DNA of 63,946 nt, filler included, from Octopus bimaculoides (GCF_001194135.2; 7 parts of 7 records of this genome joined end to end with filler, not necessarily neighbours in it); one strand, 5' to 3'; numbered from the whole stretch's first letter, positions 39,179-51,780 are shown. Made by a program: numbers and translations. Notes: a model not told the origin generated them from the sequence alone.

Positions 39179-39278
39179 NNNNNNNNNNNNNNNNNNNNNN
39201 NNNNNNNNNNNNNNNNNNNNNNTTAATTAATTAANNNNNNNNNNNNNNNNNNNNNNNNNNNNNNNNNNNNNNNNNNNN
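39179..39278. other. Artificial scaffold linker
   Basis: 44 N + TTAATTAATTAA + 44 N. Confidence 0.95.
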
Positions 39279-39610
39279 GCAACAGATCGCCAGCAATTGC
39301 TTCATCACAAATTGCCATCCTGTGAAAAGGGATTACCCTGCTATGTATAATCAGGGCAGCGCAAAAAGTTGTTTTGCACAAGCATTTCTATAGCCAATTG
39401 CACGGATGAAATTTACGTATGCTTAATAATTTTACGCAAAACAGCCTTCAGACTTTCCCTATTAATTTCATCGTCTTTTGAATTATGAACATATTTACAT
39501 CATAAGGGTTTTTTCGTTGTAAGGCTTTCTTTTTTAGTTGATTTTCAGCTAGCAAGACTTATCGTAGATGGCATAAGTCACACCCGGACAAGGTCGGGTT
39601 ATACTGCTAG
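39279..39610 (+). mobile_element. Helitron-like 3' terminus
   Basis: Hairpin CCCG-GACAAGGT-CGGG, 8-nt spacer, CTAG (39607-39610) followed by T. Confidence 0.6.
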
Positions 39611-40031
39611 TATATATATATAACACAACACGAGAACAAACAACATAAGTTATATCAGAAACACCTACAACATAACATAACAAAATCAATACCACACAGA
39701 CATAACCAAACATATCAATAATGTTTCCTTAATTAAGCAAGAAGCATCTTTGAATGATGAAAGTAAAGTAAAGGAAGTAGGAATTAATGTCAGAGCTGAG
39801 GCAGCACACCGACACATTATAGTTATTAACAAATTATTCATACTGTTAGTCTGATAGGCAATTCCAGTAGGTGGGGTGGTAGTTGAGTGTCAGTGTCTGT
39901 TCTTCTCACCAAAGAAGACATTACAACAATACAACAGAAGTATGTTAGTATAGTGAACTTTATTCATAAAGGAAGCAGAGAGTTGCAACAGTTGACAATA
40001 AATACCAACAGATCTACCAATAGTTAGATGC

Positions 40032-40078
<47 letters not shown>

Positions 40079-40129
40079 GATATATATGGTTATTAATTAT
40101 TTTCAGGCTCCAACAGAATAAAGGGATTT

Positions 40130-40340
40130 TTATAATACTTTCTGTTAAAGGCACAAGGCCTGAAATTAGTGGGGTGGGGTAAGTCGATCACATTGATATC
40201 AGCGCTGAACTGGTTCTTAATTTATCAATGGTGAAAGGACGAAACTCAAAGTCGAGCTTGGTGGAATTTGAACTCAGAATGTAAAGATGAGCGATATACC
40301 ACTAAGTATTTTGCCTGGCGTGCTAACCATTCTGACATGT
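40130..40340 (-). mobile_element. tRNA-derived SINE
   Basis: GGCACAAGGCCTGAAATT...GGAATTTGAACTCAGAATGTAAAG...GCCTGGCGTGCTAAC. Confidence 0.7.
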
Positions 40341-42403
40341 CGCCACCTTAAGGGTATTTTAATAATAAGGACACCAAGACAGGGTTCAGTACAGCATATC
40401 CGCGTATCAAAGGTATATGTGAACGTTGATGTAAATACTAATCTATAGACAGACTTGTTCTTTCACTTATATCTACATTCACATGGACAGACCAATCGAT
40501 ATAAGTTCCCATGTATATGTTAACAAACACAAAGGTATACTTAGGCATGCAGTGAATATTCCATTTTAAGTTCCGGATCCAACATAGGGAAATTTCCGAG
40601 AGTGGTGTAGTATAAATGAGAGCACAAATGGGCTGAATTTCACTACACCGGTTTCAGACTCATTTTATATTTATGAAGAAATCAATTATATATTGAATAA
40701 AAAAAGCATTTTCCTCATTTGAATTAAAATTAAAATTTGAATCTAATATTTAGGATTTTACTCATGCGGCACATAGGGAGCGTTCACTCAAACTTCCCAA
40801 TGCATTTCATTATATATATATATATATATNNNNNNNNNNNNNNNNNNNNNNNNNNNNNNNNNNNNNNNNNNNNNNNNNNNNNNNNNNNNNNNNNNNNNNN
40901 NNNNNNNNNNNNNNNNNNNNNNNNNNNNNNNNNNNNNNNNNNNNNNNNNNNNNNNNNNNNNNNNNNNNNNNNNNNNNNNNNNNNNNNNNNNNNNNNNNNN
41001 NNNNNNNNNNNNNNNNNNNNNNNNNNNNNNNNNNNNNNNNNNNNNNNNNNNNNNNNNNNNNNNNNNNNNNNNNNNNNNNNNNNNNNNNNNNNNNNNNNNN
41101 NNNNNNNNNNNNNNNNNNNNNNNNNNNNNNNNNNNNNNNNNNNNNNNNNNNNNNNNNNNNNNNNNNNNNNNNNNNNNNNNNNNNNNNNNNNNNNNNNNNN
41201 NNNNNNNNNNNNNNNNNNNNNNNNNNNNNNNNNNNNNNNNNNNNNNNNNNNNNNNNNNNNNNNNNNNNNNNNNNNNNNNNNNNNNNNNNNNNNNNNNNNN
41301 NNNNNNNNNNNNNNNNNNNNNNNNNNNNNNNNNNNNNNNNNNNNNNNNNNNNNNNNNNNNNNNNNNNNNNNNNNNNNNNNNNNNNNNNNNNNNNNNNNNN
41401 NNNNNNNNNNNNNNNNNNNNNNNNNNNNNNNNNNNNNNNNNNNNNNNNNNNNNNNNNNNNNNNNNNNNNNNNNNNNNNNNNNNNNNNNNNNNNNNNNNNN
41501 NNNNNNNNNNNNNNNNNNNNNNNNNNNNNNNNNNNNNNNNNNNNNNNNNNNNNNNNNTGTGAGTGTGTAGTGTTGGTGAGAAGTGTGGGATTGTGAGTGT
41601 TAGGTATGGGTGTGTGTGTGTTTATGTGTGTCTGTATGTGTGTTTCCGTGCGCGTGTGTGTATATTTTTTGTGCGTGCGTGTATGTGTATATTGTGTATG
41701 TTTTCGTGCGTGCGTGTGTGTTATGTATGTGAGTGAGTATTGTGTATGTGAGAGGTGTGTGTATATGTGTATGTGTGTGTGTGTGTGTGTGGTTTTGTGT
41801 ATGTGAGAGGTGTTTATGTGTGTGCGTGCGTATGTGTGTGAGAGCGTAAGGATGTGTGCCAGGTATGTGTGTTATTTTGTGTGTGCACTCCTGTGTGCAT
41901 GTGTATGCAGCTGTGTATGTAGGCGTGCGCGTATATATGGGTGTGTGTGTGTATATATGTGCGTTCGTCTATATGTGTGTGAGGGCGCGCATGTATGTTT
42001 GTCATGTATGTGGGTGGTATATTTGTAAGGTGTGTGTGTGTAGGTGTATGGGAGGTATGTGTGAATGGGGGTATGTANNNNNNNNNNNNNNNNNNNNNNN
42101 NNNNNNNNNNNNNNNNNNNNNNNNNNNNNNNNNNNNNNNNNNNNNNNNNNNNNNNNNNNNNNNNNNNNNNNNNNNNNCGAGTCTGAGCGTGTGAGTGCAT
42201 GCATATGTGTTGTGTGTGTGTGGTGTGCTTGTATGGGTGCGTGTATTTTTGTGTGTGGGTATGTGTGCGTGTAGGAAGGGGTGAGATAAAAAGTGGAAAA
42301 ATGTAGTGAGTGTAATAAGAGAATAATGGATATAATGTAGGGGGGGGGTAAAAAAAGGAAAATAAAAAATAAAGAAAAGTGTTGCATAGACGTAAAGGGA
42401 GAG

Positions 42404-43480
42404 TCATAAGGAGGAGGGGACTGCATTGAGTCCGAAGGGGAAAGAAGAATTAAGGTTAAAAATGTAGCGTTGCTCCAAGTGGAGTCGCAAGGGAGTGGAC
42501 CCATGGTGCAGGGCGAGGCCAAAAACGGAGATGTTAGAGGGAGAGTGGTTGGCCAAGTGGAAGTGATGGGCGACGGGGGAATCCGAACCTAGCCGAACGT
42601 CCCTTAGGTGTTCGGTGAAACGGTCGGCCAGCCGGCGGCCCGTCTGCCCCACGTAGAGTTGGTTGCATAGGGTGCATTTGATGCAGTAAATTAGGTTGGN
42701 NNNNNNNNNNNNNNNNNNNNNNNNNNNNNNNNNNNNNNNNNNNNNNNNNNNNNNNNNNNNNNNNNNNNNNNNNNNNNNNNNNNNNNNNNNNNNNNNNNNN
42801 NNNNNNNNNNNNNNNNNNNNNNNNNNNNNNNNNNNNNNNNNNNNNNNNNNNNNNNNNNNNNNNNNNNNNNNNNNNNNNNNNNNNNNNNNNNNNNNNNNNN
42901 NNNNNNNNNNNNNNNNNNNNNNNNNNNNNNNNNNNNNNNNNNNNNNNNNNNNNNNNNNNNNNNNNNNNNNNNNNNNNNNNNNNNNNNNNNNNNNNNNNNN
43001 NNNNNNNNNNNNNNNNNNNNNNNNNNNNNNNNNNNNNNNNNNNNNNNNNNNNNNNNNNNNNNNNNNNNNNNNNNNNNNNNNNNNNNNNNNNNNNNNNNNN
43101 NNNNNNNNGAGGCGGAGGAACTGGGAGTAGGGGATGGCCCGTTTGGTGTGGAATGGATGGGAGGAGGAGAAGTTGAGGTAGAGGTGGGAGTCAGTGGGTT
43201 TGAAGAAGGCGGAGGTAGTTAGAGAGTTGGAGGGGGGGTTGATGGAAAGGGAGATGTCGAGGAAGTTAACAGAGGTGGTAGAAGTAAAGTCAAGAGCAGG
43301 GTGGAAGTTAGAGAGGAAGGAGATGAAAAGGCAGAGCTGTTCGCGGGAGAGGGAGGTGGCTCCTATACAGTCATCTATGTAGCGACCGTATAGTTCCTGG
43401 GTCGGACCGGAGAATTGGGAGAATACTTGGGCCTCAATGTAACCAACAAAGAGGTTGGCGTAATTGGGCCCCATTCTCAT
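42404..43480 (-). mobile_element. Penelope-like element (RT + GIY-YIG endonuclease), 5'-truncated, gapped
   Basis: MGPNYANLF, RYIDD, VNFLDI, KPTDSHLYL..SSSHP; after the gap NLIYCIKCTLCNQLYVGQTGRRLADRFTEH...GLN. Confidence 0.92.
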
Positions 43481-43738
43481 ATATATATATGTATGTATAT
43501 TAGAGGTGTACTTGTCGACACCTCTGTTGATACAAATTAGTCATTCAAAAACACACAAACACTCTTAACTTCATTTAAACATTTATTATCAAATACAATC
43601 TGGTCACTGATACTGTTCAATTGCATCTAGTTTCAGATGTAGTTGTCAGTCAGGTTTTATGGTTATAAATATATTTTTTAAGTGCTCTTTGGGCAATCAG
43701 ATTGGCAGGATGTACATAAACTCATGTTTCTAAACTAT

Positions 43739-43781
43739 TCTTTTCTGATGAAAGGTCTTTATGCCTGAAACATACAAAGGT
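43739..43781 (+). ncRNA. Degenerate hammerhead-ribozyme-like motif
   Basis: CTTTT-CTGATGA-A-AGG-TCTTTATG-CCT-GAAAC-ATAC-AAAGG; core and stems I/II present, cleavage triplet non-canonical. Confidence 0.3.
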
Positions 43782-44295
43782 TACTCAACTTCCCATTGTT
43801 TGAAGCTTTCCTTCTTCATTATTTACTATATTTTTATCTACATAGACCCCGTCGTTCCACTTGCCAATTATTAGGTGATAGTAGGTAGTCAGTTAACACA
43901 ATATTTGGTTAAGATTTACAAACCTTCTCTTTCCTCTTTCTTTTGAGTGGAGTTCTTTAGTATTGTACAGAACAGTAAGTCTGAAATAACCTCAGAAGAG
44001 AATCTATCAGTATATGACCACAGGTTGACAAAAGCTGTATGGGGAGGGATAGAGTGCAAATGTATCAGTAGCAGTAGAAGTAACAGTAGTCATAGCAGTG
44101 TTAGTAGTTGTTGATATATATATATTGTCAGTGGATTATATATTCAAAAAAGGTGCACACACTAAAGAGCACCAATATATTTACATGCAGTTAAATGTCT
44201 GCCATTAAAGTTTGATGACTTGTCTGTAAAGCTAAGCACTTTATAGATGCAAGATCATTGATCACTCTATGACCAGACATATATTTAACTGCATG

Positions 44296-44395
44296 NNNNN
44301 NNNNNNNNNNNNNNNNNNNNNNNNNNNNNNNNNNNNNNNTTAATTAATTAANNNNNNNNNNNNNNNNNNNNNNNNNNNNNNNNNNNNNNNNNNNN
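44296..44395. other. Artificial scaffold linker
   Basis: 44 N + TTAATTAATTAA + 44 N. Confidence 0.95.
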
Positions 44396-45086
44396 CATCT
44401 CTCCCTCCGGAGGAGGAGGGGGGCTCTTCCACAACCAACTGTTCCAGGACCATACTCTGGTCCTGGGAACAGTTCTTTTTAATGTGGCCCGGTTCCAGGC
44501 ACAGGTGACACTTGGGGTGGGGGCGTCCCTCAAGTATCACCGGTTACCTGCAACCGGCCATTTAAAAAAAATCTGGAAAGACCAGATTCTTGACTGATTG
44601 GGTCCACAGGGTCAAAACAGCTTTTGACCCAATCCAATCAGCCGCCGGCAAAGTTTTAACATTAAGCAGCTTGGATCCGCTGCCACCCAGATCCCGGCGG
44701 ATAGTGTCTTCTATCCACTGGGGTTCTATCCTGGGTGGCAACCCGCAGGCCCAAGCTCTTGTCAACTTCTTCCCACCATACGTGGAAAGAAAGAAAATCT
44801 CTTTGCCCTCTAAGGGCTGGCTCGCAAATTTGGAAGCCTCCTCAAGGGTGTCAAATAGCAACCATACCGTTGCATACTTGACCCCCCCCCCTGGAGATGA
44901 ATTTAATAGTTGGCAAATACTCTGCCAAGTCTTTTTTTCAATTTTTGTCTTTTGAAAGAGGGCGATGGTGTCGAGCAACTTTGAGTAAGTCCTTAACACC
45001 ACCGTCCTCTCTTCAAAGTCTTTCATCCACTGTTTGGGTAGGACAATCTCCCACTCCAACGTAGTGTTGTTTATCTTTTTTGCCAT
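44396..45086 (-). mobile_element. Tx1/L1-type LINE ORF1 with CCHC zinc knuckle (frameshifted, cut by scaffold end)
   Basis: 174-aa ORF (…TRAWACGLPPRIEPQWIED…) then ILEGRPHPKCHLCLEPGHIKKNC (CX2CX4HX4C); putative 5' UTR to ~45580. Confidence 0.7.
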
Positions 45087-45789
45087 GTTTTTTTTGGGGG
45101 AAAAAAGTTCACAGAAAACAAAAGTTCACAGATTTCAAAAAAGAACAAAAATGCAGGAAGAAAGAAGACAACAAACAATTCAAAAATACAGCAAACTATT
45201 CTTCTGGCCGTCCTGGTACTCCTGGCCAACTCGGTAATCCACTTGGTAATCCAAGGCACAAAACAGTCACACAACAATTTCACCAAAAAATGGGTAAAAA
45301 AATAAGCACAATTATAGGAGGAGGGATACGCCCCCAAAACACACTTCTCACCGCTAAGTGAGATTTCTAAGCACAACTACAGGCAGACAATTTGCCCGGA
45401 ACTCAGTGGAGATTTCTTGTTCGACAAAATAAATAAACACGAACAACAAACCCCCACTGAATCCCAAAAGATCAAATGTCTTACCTTGTAGTTGTGCTTC
45501 ACTTGTTCAATAATTCACGACGTTGGTGTACGGCGTCGTGACTCCTAGCAGTGCAAAAAAACACTCACCAACGGATGCGCGGGGAAGCAAGCTTCTTACC
45601 ACACAGCCACGCCTGCGACTATATAATTAAATAAAAATACAACAATAAATAAAAAATGGAATTTTGTACATTTGAGCTAAGCTGCACAGGCTTGATATTC
45701 AATTACAAATTTACACACAATTTGAACAATAATGAAAACGATAGTTTTGTTACTTATGATCTGGTTATTCAAGCTAAAAACAATCATAT

Positions 45790-45832
45790 TTAAGGTCTGA
45801 GTTGAATCAGTTTTATTCAACTCAGACCTTAA
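45790..45832. repeat. Perfect 18-bp stem hairpin bounded by TTAA
   Basis: TTAAGGTCTGAGTTGAAT-CAGTTTT-ATTCAACTCAGACCTTAA. Confidence 0.9.
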
Positions 45833-48020
45833 TTAACCAACTATTCACTAAACTATAAATCAAGTATATTAACTCGAAATTAAAATCTTTACTGAACTAT
45901 AACCTGAGCTAAATTGTACTAAACTATAATCTAAATTAAATACTCAACTCTCTGTAGTATTTAAAATCTCACGGTAAAACTTATAAATAAAGTAACTATC
46001 GGTATCAGCAATAACAACATTTGCACCAAACCCCATGTCACTACAACATCAAATAATATGTCCATTCTTAGTGAATTGCCATTCAAATTCCTGCAATATA
46101 TTTCTCGAGAATTCACATCAGAAACGACACAGGAGACAGAAAAAAACAGAACGANNNNNNNNNNNNNNNNNNNNNNNNNNNNNNNNNNNNNNNNNNNNNN
46201 NNNNNNNNNNNNNNNNNNNNNNNNNNNNNNNNNNNNNNNNNNNNNNNNNNNNNNNNNNNNNNNNNNNNNNNNNNNNNNNNNNNNNNNNNNNNNNNNNNNN
46301 NNNNNNNNNNNNNNNNNNNNNNNNNNNNNNNNNNNNNNNNNNNNNNNNNNNNNNNNNNNNNNNNNNNNNNNNNNNNNNNNNNNNNNNNNNNNNNNNNNNN
46401 NNNNNNNNNNNNNNNNNNNNNNNNNNNNNNNNNNNNNNNNNNNNNNNNNNNNNNNNNNNNNNNNNNNNNNNNNNNNNNNNNNNNNNNNNNNNNNNNNNNN
46501 NNNNNNNNNNNNNNNNNNNNNNNNNNNNNNNNNNNNNNNNNNNNNNNNNNNNNNNNNNNNNNNNNNNNNNNNNNNNNNNNNNNNNNNNNNNNNNNNNNNN
46601 NNNNNNNNNNNNNNNNNNNNNNNNNNNNNNNNNNNNNNNNNNNNNNNNNNNNNNNNNNNNNNNNNNNNNNNNNNNNNNNNNNNNNNNNNNNNNNNNNNNN
46701 NNNNNNNNNNNNNNNNNNNNNNNNNNNNNNNNNNNNNNNNNNNNNNNNNNNNNNNNNNNNNNNNNNNNNNNNNNNNNNNNNNNNNNNNNNNNNNNNNNNN
46801 NNNNNNNNNNNNNNNNNNNNNNNNNNNNNNNNNNNNNNNNNNNNNNNNNNNNNNNNNNNNNNNNNNNNNNNNNNNNNNNNNNNNNNNNNNNNNNNNNNNN
46901 NNNNNNNNNNNNNNNNNNNNNNNNNNNNNNNNNNNNNNNNNNNNNNNNNNNNNNNNNNNNTTATACTTGGTCGGTAGACATGAGAATATTTTCATTTTCA
47001 GCTTACATAGTTGTATTTAAGATATTTATGTGGTGAAATATATTAGCCAAATATTCAAGCTTTTGAGATCAAAAATTTATTTCGAAAAAGTTCTTTAAAA
47101 GAAGAAAATGAAAAACGAGGAGGAGGGGTGGGAGGAGGAGGAGGGGTGAGAGGAGGAGGTGGTTATCTTAATCATTTTTTTTTTTTACAAACGAATACAG
47201 AACCCTTAATAGAGCTTACTACCAATGAAAAAGCTCCATTAGTACAAATTCCAAGATAATATCCATTTGTTGATGTTGTTATTTTGAGTGCGTGATACTA
47301 TTACCGGGGCATATTTACTGCAAGTTAAATACCTCTTCTTCTCTGGCTGCTTCCTACAAGATCCAAATGGATTCATTAAATTTTGAAGTCGACTAGCAGG
47401 CTGTCTTAATGCAGACACCCGTTTCTTGGGCATGTCTGTCACGTGCAGACAGTTACAGAATTTTCCTCGTCGCCGTTTCTTTCTGACAGTCCCAGTGCAT
47501 CTTGGCGACAATAATCATATTACTGGTGCAGCCACAAGTTAGAGTCACAGACTCGGCAGGGGTTTCAATCCTGCATCATTTTGCAGGTGAATTCGTGTTC
47601 TGAGTTTTCTTCGGTTTCTGGGAAAATTCATTAGGCTGCAAGTGACCGCAACAGATTTGCCTACCCATGATCGTGAATGTTATTTGTGTTGCTTTACGTG
47701 CGTGACAAAACATCACACATAAGGTGTTTAATTGACATAAGTATCTAAATTCCTATACTATCTCTCATTTTTGAACAGGAGATAAAAAACGGATATATGT
47801 CATCGGAAACTTACCGAACTGTATGAAAACACTGTATACCCAATTGAGACAGAATGAAACTAAAATCGCCACCTGTGTATCATTATAAATCTACTTACAC
47901 CGATATAAGGCAAGGCATGATGCTTGTAATTGTCTGAGATAGAATCTCAGCATACTAATACATCTGTTTGTTGTCTACACCACCTGCCTTCGTCTTCTGT
48001 TTTTTTTGTGTGAATTCTCT

Positions 48021-48090
<70 letters not shown>

Positions 48091-48110
48091 TTATATATAA
48101 ATATTATATA

Positions 48111-49673
48111 CAGTATCTCACAGAAGTATGTACACCCCTAAAAAAATTCAGTAAAATTGCCATTACTCTGATAATATTGAGGGAAATCAAACGAAATTTA
48201 TACTGAATAAAATATATTATACATGCAAGCATTATACAAATTTGGAACACAAAGCAATAAACATTTTCAAATATATGAACGAAATATTAATTTTCAAACG
48301 ATACAAAATTATGTACCCACTAAAAGATTATTATTTATATTCAATATTTGGTGAGACCGCCATTGCTTTCAGTGACTGTATTGAGTCTTCTGGGCATAGT
48401 GTCAACTAAACTTTTGCATATAACCGATGAAATCTACCTCTATTTCTCCTGAATGATACCTTTCAACTGTGTTACATTGCGGGGTTCTTTCTCCTCACCT
48501 TCCTTTTCAAAACACCCCACAGATGTTCTAATGAGTTTAAATCAGGTAACATGGTAGGCCAAGGCAATGGCTTCACCTTTTTTATCTGATAAAATCTTAG
48601 TCGTCATCTTTGAAGTGCGTTTAAGGTCATTATCATGTTGGACCATGGAACGTCTTCCTAGTTTCTGCAATGTCACAATAAAGTCTTGAATCCATTGTTC
48701 TCTCAATAAATGTAAGTCCCCCCCACACCAGCCTCACCCATGCATCCCCAAAGCATAACATTTCCGCCGCCGTGTTTCACGGTAGGCACGGTGCATTTGT
48801 CGCTATTATCTTCACCTGGTTATCACCATACTCGTTTAATACCACCTGACCCAAACAAGTTGATTTTAGTCGCGTCAGATAAAAGAATTTTATTCCAAAA
48901 CTCCTTCACCTTACTGACATAGGTTTCGGCAAAAATAGATGACTTCATTTATGCCTGGTCATGAGGAGAGGCCTCCTACGAGGAATGCGTCCATAAAGAC
49001 CGCACTGATTCAAACTTCGGCGAACTGTTTGGGCGGATACACCTTTCCAATAACGTTGGATGTGGCGAATATCACGCGCAGTTAAAATAGAAGGACGACA
49101 TGGAGACCTGGACGATGTTTATTGCTTAGCCGTCCAGTAGCTTTGTACTTCTGAGTTACTTTGGTAACTGTGTTTGCGCTAATACGTATTCGTTTGCTAA
49201 TTAACTTGTGTCCTAAACCTTCTTGTGCAAATTAAAAATAATTTTCTTCAAATCTTCTGACAATTCGTTTCCTTTTGGTGACATTTTAATCAGAATGATT
49301 TTCACCATGGTACACAAATCAGAATTCTTGCAGATGCAATAACAATGATCAGCGCAAAAATGCCAGGAAAAATAATTTATTAGTATTGAAATTATCAGCA
49401 ATATCTGAATTTAGTAAAAACAAAAAAGTGGATAAAATATTGAATATAGCAAATTTCCTTTAGGGTGTACATATTTTTGTAACGTTTGAAAATTAATATT
49501 TCGTTCATATCTTTGAAAATGTTTATTGTTTTGTGCACCAAATTTGGATAATGTTTGCATGTATAATATATATTATTCAGTATAAATCTCGTTTGATTTC
49601 CTTCAATATTATCACAATAATGCCAATTTTACTGAAATTTGTTTAAGAGTGTACATACTTCTGTGAGATACTG
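48111..49673 (-). mobile_element. Full-length Tc1-family transposon, ~225-bp IR/DR-type TIRs, TA target duplication, dead transposase
   Basis: TA-CAGTATCTCACAGAAGTATGTACAC...GTGTACATACTTCTGTGAGATACTG-TA; MSPKGNELSEDLKK, ILLSDATKINLFGS, TVKHGGGNVMLWGCM, QHDND, PDLNSLEHLW. Confidence 0.95.
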
Positions 49674-49982
49674 TATATATTTATATATTCTTTTGTTAGT
49701 TATACTTTAGCGTTTGAAACTGTTGAATTTGTTCCAGTCTATAAGATTTATACTTTCTAAGTCATTCGACACGAGTTGGAGTCGTTCTATTTATTTTTTG
49801 CATTTGTCTCAATATGCTTAATGAGATAGTTTACTAAACGATTCAGCAGCGCTTCTACTCTCTTGCTATAACAACGTTTTTACTTTGTCGCTCTGTTTGT
49901 CTTCTGGATTTGAAAGTTAATTCTAAATGCTTACTAATCGTCTCTTACGTTTGTGTGTATATTTGTATACATATATGTATTA

Positions 49983-50024
<42 letters not shown>

Positions 50025-50084
50025 CGTGCGTGCGTGTGTGTGTGAGTATATGTTTGTATATATAAATATGTGTGTCTATGTTTG

Positions 50085-50270
50085 TGCTTGTTCCTCATCG
50101 TCACTTAACAAACTGTGTTGCTTTGTTTATGTCCCCGTAAATTAAGCGGCTCGACATAAAGAGATCGATAGAATAAGTACCGAACTTAAAAATAAGAACT
50201 GGGATCAATCTGTTCAACAAAACTTTGAAAGTTGTGTTCCAGCGTGGTCGCAGTCCAAGGATTAAAACAA
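50085..50270 (+). mobile_element. SINE 3' part
   Basis: GTTTATGTCCCCGTAAATTAAGCGG...GATAGAATAAGTAC...CCAGCGTGGTCGCAGTC. Confidence 0.65.
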
Positions 50271-50769
50271 GTTACCACGAAGCTCTGTTAATGTTTGCAT
50301 TGACATTTTACCTTGTTCCTTCATTGATCAACCTATGCTTTTTTTAGATATGGTCATTTTTTTCAACTGCTCTTGGTCATTTGTTTCTTTGATAAGTTTT
50401 TCGAGATGCCCGACAAAAGTAATAGGCGTCGATATCAGAAACTACACACTAATTCATATGTTGGAATAAGGAAGTGATGTTTGCTTATAGTTAAACTATC
50501 TCGACAAGAATATAGGTCTGGAGGGTGAAGAGAATCTAGTAGTGACCTGGAGCATTATTAAACAACAGTTTTGTGCTCAAGATCATGTTCTTCACAATAT
50601 CTTCCCGCTGCTACACAAAAGTATGATACAAACTCCATTTTGAAATTTTCTATTGTCATCTAGTTCTATCAATTTAATGTCCAAATCACAGGCAGATGCA
50701 TTTCTGATGTTTTCCTTATTAGTTCATTGGTTTAAATTGTTTCTTGTAGTATAACTACTAAGTAGTCTA

Positions 50770-51270
50770 GTACTTATGTTGAAAAACGATATTTTCTGAT
50801 CTTAGACATAGAGGCTGGCTTTTATTTCTTTTCAGGTGATAAAAGTGTGGAGTAAGTTTCTTTTCCAGAAAGTGGTCTACGATGAAACAGAGACAACTTC
50901 TGGGAAAGAAGACAGTTAAGGAACTTCTCCATACTTTCAAAAGTATTATCAAGCACGGCAGCTAATATCCCCAACCTCTAACTTGAATATACATGTCGTG
51001 AAGGGTAGCTGCCACGTTTTATTATACTTTTAAGAATCTCGAAAACTTTCTTGACTATTTGGGTGCCTAAGAATTTCCAGTTTCATTAGAGATACTGATG
51101 CTGTGTAGGTGACACCGTTGGTTTGCTTCTATCAAACAGATCTCTGCCAGCTGTGAATCTTTCCGAATTATTGACACTTTCATATTTTTAGATTTTTAAA
51201 GATGCTCCTTGCTCTTCCATGATGAAGATTGACTTAGCAGTTTTGTTTCTTCCACCAATGTCGCAAGTAT
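50770..51270 (-). mobile_element. Tigger/pogo transposase relic
   Basis: IME.ARSIFKNLK...RFTAGRDLFDR (CENP-B HTH end) and TTFWKRNLLHTFIT*KE (after the DET motif), with frameshifts. Confidence 0.55.
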
Positions 51271-51500
51271 ACCTACCATTTTCCCATAAATATTACTCTT
51301 TCAACAAGTCAACTTCTTTACTGATAACCATGAGGTTATCATAGCAGAAGCTTATATTTTGTCCGCATTCTTCTCACGGTGAGTCTAATCGTTGACGTGT
51401 CCCAGTTTAAAGGCTTACTAACATATAACTGACGTTCGTGATCGTCCAGTCACTTCAACCCTTGCAATCTAAGATGTGACTTTACCTCGACACATTAGGT

Positions 51501-51780
51501 CAGTGGTTCCCAGATATTTTCAGGTTGCCGCTCCCTTGGCAAGCAGGCCACTTTCCTAGCGCCCCGCCTCTTCCTCATCACCACCACAAATATGGACTTA
51601 TTTTTTCAGCAAATTCAGAACAACTGTATTTTATAAATATTACTTAACCTAATTAACCCATTTTTTAAATATACACTGCTCGCTTTTGGTTAAACCATTA
51701 TCGCTCCACTTTTCTTCAACGCTCCCTGGATCTTTTCACTGTCTCCAGCAGGGCAGTACTGCCCACTGTCGGAACCACTG
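51501..51780. mobile_element. 280-bp hAT (Buster/Charlie-type) MITE
   Basis: TIRs CAGTGGTTCC / GGAACCACTG; 8-bp TSD CATTAGGT / CATTAGAT with central TA. Confidence 0.85.

Noticed and set aside
6380-45617. tRNA genes
   Set aside because: A/B-box-like segments are SINE heads attached to SINE bodies; no complete cloverleaf was found.
2657-47036. 250-360 aa ORFs that are mostly X
   Set aside because: They are open only because they cross N gaps (the Penelope ORF at 42404-43480 is the exception, supported by motifs).
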